Assembly (NCBI GenBank): GCA_036584565.1
Contig: JAZHDF010000076.1
Location: 1 to 47,876 of the forward strand
DNA length: 47,876 nt
Direction: 5' to 3'
Source: Candidatus Moraniibacteriota bacterium
Lineage (GTDB): Bacteria > Patescibacteriota > Minisyncoccia > Moranbacterales > UBA9337
Each line of letters opens with the position of its first letter. The first letter of the stretch is position 1. The notes beneath the pieces were generated by a model. It saw nothing but the letters and a program-made list of their open reading frames with translations. It was not told the DNA's origin and ran no database searches. Of this stretch, positions 1 through 7,709 are shown in pieces. A program made the translations under genes and the position numbers.

Positions 1-52
1 AGATTTAATTAGAATTTTACATAAATATTAATTAGTTTGATGGTCTAGAGCC
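1..52. repeat. Left arm of the 52-bp inverted repeat that terminates both ends of the window
   Basis: nt 1-52 (agatttaattagaattttacataaatattaattagtttgatggtctagagcc) is the exact reverse complement of 47823-47874. It lies 20 nt upstream of the first start codon. Confidence 0.95.
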
Positions 53-72
53 TTTTTAAAATTTAAAAAGCA

Positions 73-777
73 ATGCCAAAAGAAGAATTTATCGTTTTAT
101 CTCTGGGAGGATCACTAATCGTTCCGGACGAAATCGATACCGATTTTATTTCAAGGTTTAAAAAAACTATTCTTGAAAAAATAGCCGAGGGCTACAGATT
201 TATCATTGTTACCGGCGGAGGAAAAATTGCCCGTAAATATATCCAAGCGGCCGAAGCGGTGGATGAAACCGATGACGAAGAAAAGGATTGGCTGGGAGTA
301 CACGCCACTCGAATGAACGCTCATTTTATCAAAACAGTCTTTAAAGAATATGCTCATCCACGCATCAATAAAAACCCTCGCACCAAAGAAGATTTATTGG
401 AGCATTTTGCCAAAGGTGAAAAAATAATGGTGGCGGCCGGGTGGCGGCCGGGTTGGTCGACTGATTATGTGGCCACTATTTTAGCAGAAAGATTTGCCGC
501 CAAAAAATTGATAAATTTATCCAATATCGACTATCTTTGTGACAAGGATCCTAATAAATTTGACGACGCTCAAAAAATAAAAGCGATCTCTTGGAATGAT
601 TTTCGCAAGATGGTGGGGGACAAGTGGACTCCCGGTATGAACGCCCCTTTTGATCCGATCGCCTCGCAATTAGCCCAAAAAAATAATTTGGAAGTGGCTA
701 TTATCGGAGGTAAAAACTTGAATAATCTGAAAAGTTATCTTGAAGGAGAAGAGTTTGAAGGAAGTATTATAAAATAG
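73..777 (+). CDS. pyrH: UMP (uridylate) kinase, archaeal-type amino-acid-kinase fold
   Basis: 234 aa. Motifs LSLGGSLIV, VTGGGKIARKY and GWRPGWSTDY are typical of archaeal-type PyrH. A hairpin terminator follows. Confidence 0.75.
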   Translation: MPKEEFIVLSLGGSLIVPDEIDTDFISRFKKTILEKIAEGYRFIIVTGGGKIARKYIQAAEAVDETDDEEKDWLGVHATRMNAHFIKTVFKEYAHPRINKNPRTKEDLLEHFAKGEKIMVAAGWRPGWSTDYVATILAERFAAKKLINLSNIDYLCDKDPNKFDDAQKIKAISWNDFRKMVGDKWTPGMNAPFDPIASQLAQKNNLEVAIIGGKNLNNLKSYLEGEEFEGSIIK

Positions 778-790
778 AAACGATTATAAA

Positions 791-816
791 AACCGCTTAG
801 CGCATAAGCGGTTTTT
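791..816 (+). terminator. Rho-independent terminator after pyrH
   Basis: Stem aaccgctta / taagcggtt with loop gcgca, followed by a T-run. Confidence 0.7.
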
Positions 817-817
817 G

Positions 818-826
818 TGTTATAAT
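818..826 (+). promoter_or_regulatory. Candidate extended -10 promoter (TGtTATAAT) for the secreted-protein pair
   Basis: tgttataat lies 25 nt upstream of the ATG at 852. No clear -35 element. Confidence 0.35.
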
Positions 827-851
827 TTAAAAAAATAAAAACCTCAAAAAA

Positions 852-1679
852 ATGAATAAAAAAATATCTATATTCATAACAATTGTTTTTATTCTTTCAT
901 CTCTACAAAAGGCTCAAGCTATCGGAGATGAAAAGATAATATTTCTTCATCATTCAACGGGGAGTGGGGTTTATTCCGGAGGAGGAGTGCCTGGTTGGTT
1001 TTCTTCTTATAATTCAAACAATCTCACTCAATATCAAATAAGCGAACGCTCCTACCCAACTACGCCCTATCCCTGGAACAACTACCCTTATGATTATTGG
1101 AATCTCTGGATAAACGGCGCTTGTAATTCCAGCGATCCGGATATTGAATGCATGAATACTTTGACTCAAGACTACGATGTTATTATTTACAAACATTGTT
1201 TTCCGGGAGCGGCTGTTTTGGCCGATACCGGCAGTCCTTCAATAAGTTCGAGCAGGAAATCATTGGAAAATTATAAGCTTCAATATCGCGCCTTGCGAGA
1301 TATGATGGATGATTATCCCGATAATATTTTTATCCTTTGGACTTTGGCCCCATTGCATCGATTAGCCTCCAATGACAACGATGCGGCCAGAGCCAAACAA
1401 TTTGTAGATTGGGTAAAGGGGGATTTCTTAACCGAGGATAGTCAGCCTCATTCCAATATTTATATTTTTGATTTTTGGGGCAATGCCGCCGGAACGGATA
1501 ATTATCTAAAATATGAATATGAGATTAGTCATTCTAGCAGTGACTCGCACCCCAATACTTTAGCCAATCAAACTATCGGCTCTGTTTTTGCTCAATTTAT
1601 AGTAGATGCAATCGAAGATTTTAGTGGAGAAGAAGATATAAATCCACCCAACAGTCCTCAGGGATTAAGCATATTATAA
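852..1679 (+). CDS. Secreted hypothetical protein, possibly an SGNH/GDSL-like hydrolase
   Basis: 275 aa. Signal peptide MNKKISIFITIVFILSSLQKAQA. HHSTGSG near the N-terminus and SDSHPN near the C-terminus resemble SGNH blocks I and V. The C-terminal tail PNSPQGLSIL is shared with the next ORF. Confidence 0.55.
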   Translation: MNKKISIFITIVFILSSLQKAQAIGDEKIIFLHHSTGSGVYSGGGVPGWFSSYNSNNLTQYQISERSYPTTPYPWNNYPYDYWNLWINGACNSSDPDIECMNTLTQDYDVIIYKHCFPGAAVLADTGSPSISSSRKSLENYKLQYRALRDMMDDYPDNIFILWTLAPLHRLASNDNDAARAKQFVDWVKGDFLTEDSQPHSNIYIFDFWGNAAGTDNYLKYEYEISHSSSDSHPNTLANQTIGSVFAQFIVDAIEDFSGEEDINPPNSPQGLSIL

Positions 1680-1682
1680 AAC

Positions 1683-2765
1683 ATGAAAAAAATAAAAATA
1701 TTCTTCTTTTTAATAATGTTATTTTTAACCAATAGACTATGGGCAGCTACACCCGAAGTTTTTTCTGTTTCAGAAAATCCAATCGATGGTCAAACTTTAA
1801 CCATATCGGGATCCAATATGGTCGATCATAATACCGCAAATTGGAATATGAACGGCACCGATTGGAATTTCGAAGGCGCTGGCTATATAGTGGACGGTTA
1901 TGATGTTCCGACCGAAGATAATATGGGGCTTTGTGCCGAACCAGCCTATGCGGGGATAAGTTACGACAGTTCAGTTAAATTAATGGGTGCAAAAAGCATA
2001 AGATTTCATCAGCAAGGAGCTTTTTCCGGTCCCGGAGTGGGAGGTTGTTACGTTTATGCTACACCTTCCCCGGTAGTTGGCGATGATATTTATGTTAGCG
2101 GCTATGTGAGATATGACTCTTCGGCCGGGGGTGATGAATGGCCGGATAATTATCTAAAATTATTTTTAGCCTTAGGGGGTCCGACAGAAAATCTATTATA
2201 CTTTCAACCCGATTCCCGCCTTGATGGCGGGGGTCCGGCTTCTCGTTTTTTGATGTATGAAAACAATACTTCCACCTATGGGGATATTCCCGGCGGACCG
2301 ATTAAAAATAATCGCTGGTACTATATTGAGGCTTACTATAAAAATTCTTCTCCCAAAAGATACCAAGCTTGGATTGACGGAGTACAAATCGGAGATTGGG
2401 TTCCGACGGGCAATATTAATTCTCCTTGGTACTTCGATCTTGGCATGATTAATATGTCGGAAACATCCCCTACTTTTGATATGAAATTAAATATTGACAG
2501 ATTTGTAGTGGCCTCTTCCCGAATCTATCCGGCCTCAACTATAGAAATAGGCAACCATCCGAATTACGAGGAAGGCGTTATTAGATACCAAGAGCCTGTT
2601 TTTTTGAGTGATAATTCTATTCAAATAAAAGTCAACCTGGAAGGCTTGGGGGAGGGACCTTATTATTTATGGATTACAAACAACAAACAAGAAAGATCCG
2701 CATATTATTTTTTAGGTACCGAAGATAACTACCCAAACGCTCCGACTGGCTTAAATATTTTGTAA
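1683..2765 (+). CDS. Secreted hypothetical protein (beta-rich, possibly a ConA/LamG-like jelly roll)
   Basis: 360 aa. It starts 4 nt after the previous stop. Signal peptide MKKIKIFFFLIMLFLTNRLWA. The tail PNAPTGLNIL matches that of the upstream ORF. A terminator follows. Confidence 0.55.
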   Translation: MKKIKIFFFLIMLFLTNRLWAATPEVFSVSENPIDGQTLTISGSNMVDHNTANWNMNGTDWNFEGAGYIVDGYDVPTEDNMGLCAEPAYAGISYDSSVKLMGAKSIRFHQQGAFSGPGVGGCYVYATPSPVVGDDIYVSGYVRYDSSAGGDEWPDNYLKLFLALGGPTENLLYFQPDSRLDGGGPASRFLMYENNTSTYGDIPGGPIKNNRWYYIEAYYKNSSPKRYQAWIDGVQIGDWVPTGNINSPWYFDLGMINMSETSPTFDMKLNIDRFVVASSRIYPASTIEIGNHPNYEEGVIRYQEPVFLSDNSIQIKVNLEGLGEGPYYLWITNNKQERSAYYFLGTEDNYPNAPTGLNIL

Positions 2766-2790
2766 TTTACCGTCAACTTAAATTTTTAAA

Positions 2791-2819
2791 AACCCTCTCG
2801 GAATTTATCCGAGAGGGTT
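2791..2819. terminator. Bidirectional hairpin terminator shared by convergent genes
   Basis: Stem aaccctctcgga / tccgagagggtt (12 bp) with T-runs on both strands. Confidence 0.75.
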
Positions 2820-2990
2820 TTGAGAATCTCTTTTTTCATCAATTCTAAGTCTCAGTCCAAATATAAAAAGAAAAAAATAAAGACCGAAACAGAAACCACT
2901 CAAAAGATCAAAACCAAAGAGATAAACCAACCAAGCCTGCAGTGAGGAAAAAACTCCCGCAAAAATAAAAATCAGAGAAGATAAATTCAT
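2805..2990 (-). CDS. Small two-TM membrane protein
   Basis: 61 aa and hydrophobic. A GGAG Shine-Dalgarno lies 8 nt upstream (ttaaaaggagtttccgATG). It starts 12 nt after the nuclease stop, so the two are likely co-transcribed. Confidence 0.6.
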   Translation of the reverse strand: MNLSSLIFIFAGVFSSLQAWLVYLFGFDLLSGFCFGLYFFLFIFGLRLRIDEKRDSQNPLG

Positions 2991-3002
2991 CGGAAACTCC
3001 TT

Positions 3003-4118
3003 TTAAATTTGTTTCTTGACACTAAAACCGAAAGATTCTCGGTCTAGTTCTTTGGTTTCCTCCAGCATTTTTTTCGTTTGAGGCGATAGAGCGGGCAAAA
3101 TATTTTTTAGCGCGGTGGCGCTTACTTTGTTTACCTCCTCCCATTTACCTAAAGGGGAGAGAATTTCTCTTAGTTTAGCCTCGTTATATTTATAAGTCTT
3201 TTTTAATGTTCTGGCAATAACTCCTTCTTCCGAGAAAACTCTTTCCACTCCTTCTTGGTCCATATATTGAGAAACAATTTCTTGCAATTCGGCAATTTTG
3301 ACTCGGAGATGTTTGGCCTCATCCTTGGCCGCGATATAATCGACTATGGCTTTATTTATTTCTTCGGTGTCGATTTTTCTTTTTTCTTTGAATTTATGTC
3401 GCCACATCGGACAAAGATGTTGAAAATCGCACCAATCGCAAAGAGGGGTGATGGTCGGAGAAAAATCGCTTTCGTTTATTTTTTCAATTACTTCCAAAAA
3501 AGTCTTTTCGACATTTTTTAAATCCTCCTCGGTCCGAGTGGAGCTCAATTTGGCTCCGTGTTTGACAAAGTACAAACTCACTTTAATTTTATCCAAATTT
3601 TTTCTTTCTTCCGGATAACGATTCAAGAAAGCTTGCAAATAAATGGTCAACTGAATGTCGTTATCGACTTTTTCTTGCGAAGGCATTTTTCGGGCGGTTT
3701 TATAATCGATTATTTCATAACCGTCTTCGGTGCGATCGATCCTATCAATTATCCCACTGACCGTATGATCACCAAGTTTTATCTGAAAAGAGCTTTCCAA
3801 AGCGACAATATTAACTCGAGCAATATCATTATCATTGTAATAACGACGGATGATCTCCACTCCTTGAGAAAAAGCGGCGCGTTCTTCTAATTCGTTTTCC
3901 CAGACATCGCTGTTCCAGTTTTTGGAAAAATGATCCAAGGCCTGCTCCATGGAAGGGGAGAGGATGCCCGGAGTATGGATAAAATTCAAGGTGGAGTGAA
4001 CCAAAGTTCCAAAAACCGCCTCCTTGGATTTGGGAGTTTTTATTCTATCGATATATTGAAATTTATATTTTAGGGGACAATTTTGATAGGCGTTGAGAGC
4101 CGAATAAGATATGCGCAT
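3003..4118 (-). CDS. PD-(D/E)XK nuclease, Cas4/AddB-like, with Fe-S cysteines
   Basis: Motif GIIDRIDRTEDGYEIIDYKT (D...ExK), an N-terminal Cys in AYQNCPLKYKF, and a C-terminal CDWCDFQHLC cluster. The likely start is the ATG at 4118 (MRISYSAL), not the track start at 4265. Confidence 0.8.
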   Translation of the reverse strand: MRISYSALNAYQNCPLKYKFQYIDRIKTPKSKEAVFGTLVHSTLNFIHTPGILSPSMEQALDHFSKNWNSDVWENELEERAAFSQGVEIIRRYYNDNDIARVNIVALESSFQIKLGDHTVSGIIDRIDRTEDGYEIIDYKTARKMPSQEKVDNDIQLTIYLQAFLNRYPEERKNLDKIKVSLYFVKHGAKLSSTRTEEDLKNVEKTFLEVIEKINESDFSPTITPLCDWCDFQHLCPMWRHKFKEKRKIDTEEINKAIVDYIAAKDEAKHLRVKIAELQEIVSQYMDQEGVERVFSEEGVIARTLKKTYKYNEAKLREILSPLGKWEEVNKVSATALKNILPALSPQTKKMLEETKELDRESFGFSVKKQI

Positions 4119-4217
4119 ATTTTTGACTGATAAGACAAAAGCTTGATTTTTAAAAAAATAAAAACTAAGATATAAATAAGTTCTTCCGATAAAAAATAAG
4201 AAAAAAGGAGAATCGCA

Positions 4218-4403
4218 ATGAGTCTGCACACCGATCCGAAAATTACGATAAATCAGATTAAGCAAGGTAAAATAACCGGGGTAAGAGCTATAACCGAGGT
4301 AAACAATTTAATCGCCGAATTCACCTCGGGAATTTTTACCCTAAAGCAAGTGGGTCTTCGGAACTTTAAAGAATTGGAAAGATTGAAGAAAAGAGGTTCA
4401 TGA
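4218..4403 (+). CDS. Hypothetical small protein (first gene of an ATGA-coupled pair)
   Basis: 61 aa. AAGGAG-type SD 8 nt upstream (aaaaaaggagaatcgcaATG). Confidence 0.5.
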   Translation: MSLHTDPKITINQIKQGKITGVRAITEVNNLIAEFTSGIFTLKQVGLRNFKELERLKKRGS

Positions 4404-4600
4404 AAAAATATTTTGTCTTTGAAAAACTTGGGCACTGGGAAACTTTCCGGTGTCCTTTTGAATTTAACAAAAAAGCTCTCAATGCAGGACAGGAACGACT
4501 GAATCCCTTGAAAAATATTGTCGGAAAAATAAATTTTTCCCTGTTTTCCAGGTGGGTTTCAATTTTACGTTCATCCGTTCTGAAAGCTTTTTCAATTTAA
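4400..4600 (+). CDS. Hypothetical small protein (second gene of the pair)
   Basis: 66 aa. Its start overlaps the upstream stop (ATGA). An agagg SD-like element lies 5 nt upstream. Confidence 0.4.
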   Translation: MKKYFVFEKLGHWETFRCPFEFNKKALNAGQERLNPLKNIVGKINFSLFSRWVSILRSSVLKAFSI

Positions 4601-4689
4601 TCTTACACCACTTTTGTCTTTTCGACAAATCCGAAAAGCTTGAAAAAAATAGGTTTATAAATTATCATAAAATCAAATAAAATCAGTTT

Positions 4690-5196
4690 ATGAAAAAAAT
4701 AATCACCGTCAACGACAAAATGCAGAAAGGTTATCGTTATGAATTGGTCGAACCGACGGGTAAAAATTTTCATCCCGATTTTAAGACCGAATTGACCCCT
4801 CGGCAAATGTTGGCATTGGGGATTTTTGGTGGCAAATACATGACCGATTGCCAAAAAGAATTTCCGCCGGAATGGTTTAAAAAAGCCAAATTGTGCAGCA
4901 AAAAACATGATCCGGAGTTAAATTATTTCGGAGTAAACGCCTCTCAGCCTCTTTCGGTTTGGAGAAAAAAAGGTTGGATCTACAAAGATGATCCGCGAGG
5001 CTGGTTTCAATGGTATTGTCGTTATTATCTGGGCAGACGCATTCCCGCCGAAGATTACCGCCAGATCAAAAGATGGAAAGCCATCGCCAGACATATCGGA
5101 GCCCTAAAAAGAAATTGTCATCCCGGCGATTTAAGTTGTCGCCCTCGACAACGCCAAGCTCTCTTGCATTGGGCCTATGATTCGCGTAAGATGTAA
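4690..5196 (+). CDS. Conserved hypothetical protein
   Basis: 168 aa with non-repetitive composition (KGYRYELVEPTGKNFHPDF..., WFQWYCRYYLGRR). It is tightly followed by rlmN. Confidence 0.65.
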   Translation: MKKIITVNDKMQKGYRYELVEPTGKNFHPDFKTELTPRQMLALGIFGGKYMTDCQKEFPPEWFKKAKLCSKKHDPELNYFGVNASQPLSVWRKKGWIYKDDPRGWFQWYCRYYLGRRIPAEDYRQIKRWKAIARHIGALKRNCHPGDLSCRPRQRQALLHWAYDSRKM

Positions 5197-5200
5197 TGAT

Positions 5201-6232
5201 ATGAATATCACAAAATTGGAAGAAATTCTGCAAAAGAAAAATACTCCCGATTATCGCAAGAAACAAATAATTAGGGCTGTTTTTGACGAGGCGGCGCCTT
5301 CCTTTTTGGATATAACCAACTTACCGCTTGATTTGAGAATTTATCTTAACGATGAACTCAAAATATTACCCTTCGAGGTTCCGAAAGTTCTCGTTTCAGA
5401 AGACAAAAGAGCGATAAAAGCTCTTTTAATTTTGGCAGACAAAAGAATGATTGAAACTGTCTTGATTTCCCCCAAGCCGGGAACTTGGTCAGCCTGCATT
5501 TCCTCCCAAGTCGGTTGCTCCTTGGGTTGTCTTTTCTGCGCCACCGGCCGAGGAGGTTTTAAGAGGGATTTGACGGCGGAAGAAATAACCGGGCAAGTCT
5601 TATTCTGGCGACAATATATGAAGAAAAATAAAATAAAGGGCAAATTTGACAATGTGGTTTATATGGGAATGGGAGAGCCTTTTTTAAACTGGGAAAACGT
5701 CAAAAAGAGCATCCAAGAATTGACTGACAAGAACTTATTCGGATTCAAGAATCGAGGCATCTCGGTTTCCACCGCCGGAATTCCGGATAAAATGGAAAAA
5801 TTTTCTTCCGAATTTCCGCAAGCCAATCTGGCTCTTTCCTTGCATTTTGCCGACGATATCAAACGGAGTCATTTTATGAAAATAAATCGCCAATACAACT
5901 TGGGCAAGCTCAGCGAGGTCTTAAAAAAATATCTGACAAAAAACAAGCGCAAAATCTTTATCGAATATATCTTGCTAAAAAATATCAACGATACTCCCGA
6001 AGACGCTCGCAATCTGGTCAAATTTTTGCGTCGCGTGGGTAATCAAAAACTTCTACATATCAACCTTATCCGCTACAATGCGGTGGATTTCGGTTTGAGC
6101 GCTTCTTCTCGGGAAACCACGCGTCATTTCAAATTCCTCTTGGAAAAAGAACGGGTTTCTTGCACTATCCGCAAAAGTCTGGGCGAAGATATCGAGGGCG
6201 CTTGCGGTCAATTGGCCGGAAATCGCGAATAA
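5201..6232 (+). CDS. rlmN: Radical-SAM 23S rRNA/tRNA adenine C2 methyltransferase
   Basis: CxxxCxxC motif VGCSLGCLFCATG, plus GMGEP and a C-terminal GEDIEGACGQL. The likely start is the ATG at 5201 (MNITKLEEIL). Confidence 0.85.
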   Translation: MNITKLEEILQKKNTPDYRKKQIIRAVFDEAAPSFLDITNLPLDLRIYLNDELKILPFEVPKVLVSEDKRAIKALLILADKRMIETVLISPKPGTWSACISSQVGCSLGCLFCATGRGGFKRDLTAEEITGQVLFWRQYMKKNKIKGKFDNVVYMGMGEPFLNWENVKKSIQELTDKNLFGFKNRGISVSTAGIPDKMEKFSSEFPQANLALSLHFADDIKRSHFMKINRQYNLGKLSEVLKKYLTKNKRKIFIEYILLKNINDTPEDARNLVKFLRRVGNQKLLHINLIRYNAVDFGLSASSRETTRHFKFLLEKERVSCTIRKSLGEDIEGACGQLAGNRE

Positions 6233-6246
6233 CTCTCCTTTAACTA

Positions 6247-6274
6247 TTGCATAAATTCAAAAAAGAATTATAAT
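6247..6274 (+). promoter_or_regulatory. Sigma70-like promoter TTGCAT-16-TATAAT
   Basis: ttgcat (6247-6252), 16-nt spacer, tataat (6269-6274). An AAGGAG SD lies upstream of the ATG at 6324. Confidence 0.5.
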
Positions 6275-6323
6275 TCATTTTGATTCTTTGAAAACCAAAA
6301 AACAACCATAAGGAGCAAAAAAG

Positions 6324-6746
6324 ATGTTTTCTTTGGTCGATGCGCTTGAGATGAGCAGAGTCTTTCCAATGGAAAGGAAAGAAGAAGTCATTGTTTTTTT
6401 GGCCGGGATTCCCGAGGAGAAATTCGGTTCTCTGGATTATCTGTGCAAAAACATTTTGCCAAATTATAATACTTATGACAAAAAATTCCAGCCGGAAAGG
6501 ACTCTTATGACTTCTTACGTAACAAATTTGGTCGGAAAAGGCTTCATCTCAAAAAGAGAGCCGCCTTTTGATCCGACCGAACGTGAAGAATTCTCCAAAA
6601 AGGTGGTGGGTGAAATTATCAATAAAGGACCCAGGAAAACCAAATCGGTTTTTGCTTTGACCAAAAGCGGGCGAGAGGAATTTGAAAAAATAAAGAAAAA
6701 ATATTCCGGAGGCTTGAAAGATGAAAAAAAATCCGAAGAAGGCTAA
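6324..6746 (+). CDS. Hypothetical winged-helix-like protein (paralog A)
   Basis: 140 aa. The pattern NLVGKGFISK ... FALTKSGREEF resembles a wHTH with a long wing insertion. Strong SD. Confidence 0.55.
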   Translation: MFSLVDALEMSRVFPMERKEEVIVFLAGIPEEKFGSLDYLCKNILPNYNTYDKKFQPERTLMTSYVTNLVGKGFISKREPPFDPTEREEFSKKVVGEIINKGPRKTKSVFALTKSGREEFEKIKKKYSGGLKDEKKSEEG

Positions 6747-7185
6747 AGATAAAAAAGAAAACCCAACACTGGTGGGAATAGTCGGATTTATTTTAGAAAA
6801 AAATCTCTTCAAGAAAAACAAAAGGAGAGCCTTTTTTCTCTTGCTGAGTTTGGCTCCCTGTGGAAAATATGTCTCTAAGTTTTTTATCCGAGACAAAATC
6901 GAGGAGGCCATCCTATTCGGATTTTTGAGCGAAGAAATTTATCCGATTTTGGGGGATCATTATTATGAAAATATTCACACTTATTTCCACCCACTGGTAG
7001 AAAAAGGCCTCATCGAAAAAATCGACCTCAGTCAGAGCAATTCCCTGGCTTTCTGTCGAAATTGCGCAAAAAATGTCCGGGGTTCTTATATTCCTTGTCC
7101 CAAAAACAGAACCCAGATTTTTTACCGAATCGCCAAGGGCCGAGGTGAAAGAAAATTGCTTGAAATTCTCGAAGGAAAAGTTTGA
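6721..7185 (+). CDS. Hypothetical winged-helix-like protein (paralog B)
   Basis: 154 aa. The pattern PLVEKGLIEKI ... FYRIAKGRGERKL parallels the upstream ORF. It is in the +1 frame, overlaps by 26 nt, and its ATG is immediately followed by an A8 run. Confidence 0.5.
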   Translation: MKKNPKKAKDKKENPTLVGIVGFILEKNLFKKNKRRAFFLLLSLAPCGKYVSKFFIRDKIEEAILFGFLSEEIYPILGDHYYENIHTYFHPLVEKGLIEKIDLSQSNSLAFCRNCAKNVRGSYIPCPKNRTQIFYRIAKGRGERKLLEILEGKV

Positions 7186-7199
7186 GGAGCTTTTTTAGG

Positions 7200-7236
7200 G
7201 CCGGAACTTCAAAAGAAGTTTCGGCTCTTATTTTTT
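7200..7236 (+). terminator. Rho-independent terminator
   Basis: Stem gccggaacttc / gaagtttcggc (one G-U pair) with loop aaaa, followed by tcttatttttt. Confidence 0.7.
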
Positions 7237-7241
7237 GCAAT

Positions 7242-7270
7242 TTGACAAAAATAAAAGATTCAGCTATATT
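7242..7270 (+). promoter_or_regulatory. Sigma70-like promoter TTGACA-17-TATATT for the Rrf2-desulfurase operon
   Basis: ttgaca 7242-7247, 17-nt spacer, tatatt 7265-7270. Confidence 0.55.
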
Positions 7271-7275
7271 TAAAG

Positions 7276-7292
7276 CATACTAAAATAGTATG
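7276..7292. promoter_or_regulatory. Palindromic operator candidate (catacta-aaa-tagtatg)
   Basis: Perfect 7-bp inverted arms between the -10 element and the Rrf2 start codon. Confidence 0.45.
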
Positions 7293-7303
7293 ATTTAAAT
7301 AAT

Positions 7304-7690
7304 ATGAAGTTTTCCACCAAAGCCGAATACGGCTTGCGCGCTACCGTTTATCTGGCCAAAAATTACCCTTATTTGCGCAGCATCAATGAAATATCTTTGG
7401 AAGAAAAAATTTCCGCCAAATATTTGGAGCAAATTTTTAATTCTTTGCGTCGAGACGGAATAGTCCTGAGTCAAAAAGGTAAGAGCGGGGGATACACCTT
7501 GGCCCGAGATCCTCAAGAAATAAAAGTGGGAGAAATAATTGAAACACTGGAGGGGAAAATAGAACCCTCTAAGTGTAATAGCCCGGCTTGTAAAAATTCC
7601 ACTTGCACCGCCAAGAGAGTTTGGATTAAATTAAGCCGAGAAATTAAGAAAACCTTGGATAATATCAAATTAAGCGATTTAATTAAATAA
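7304..7690 (+). CDS. Rrf2-family transcriptional regulator (IscR-like)
   Basis: 128 aa. N-terminal MKFSTKAEYGLRATVYLAKN is classic Rrf2. It has a Cys triad KCNSPACKNSTC. Confidence 0.85.
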   Translation: MKFSTKAEYGLRATVYLAKNYPYLRSINEISLEEKISAKYLEQIFNSLRRDGIVLSQKGKSGGYTLARDPQEIKVGEIIETLEGKIEPSKCNSPACKNSTCTAKRVWIKLSREIKKTLDNIKLSDLIK

Positions 7691-7709
7691 CCGATTAAAC
7701 TAAAATATT

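Noticed and set aside
3003-4265. Long N-terminal extensions given by the ORF track for several genes: 3003-4265, 42515-44140, 5177-6232, 37035-37475, 39008-39811 and 10960-11841.
   Set aside because: The extensions are non-conserved-looking, overlap upstream genes or promoters, or begin at non-ATG codons. Internal ATGs coincide with the start of the recognisable domains (MRISYSAL, MNTDTKIRVRF, MNITKLEEIL, MKLTIENYK, MGKNIK).
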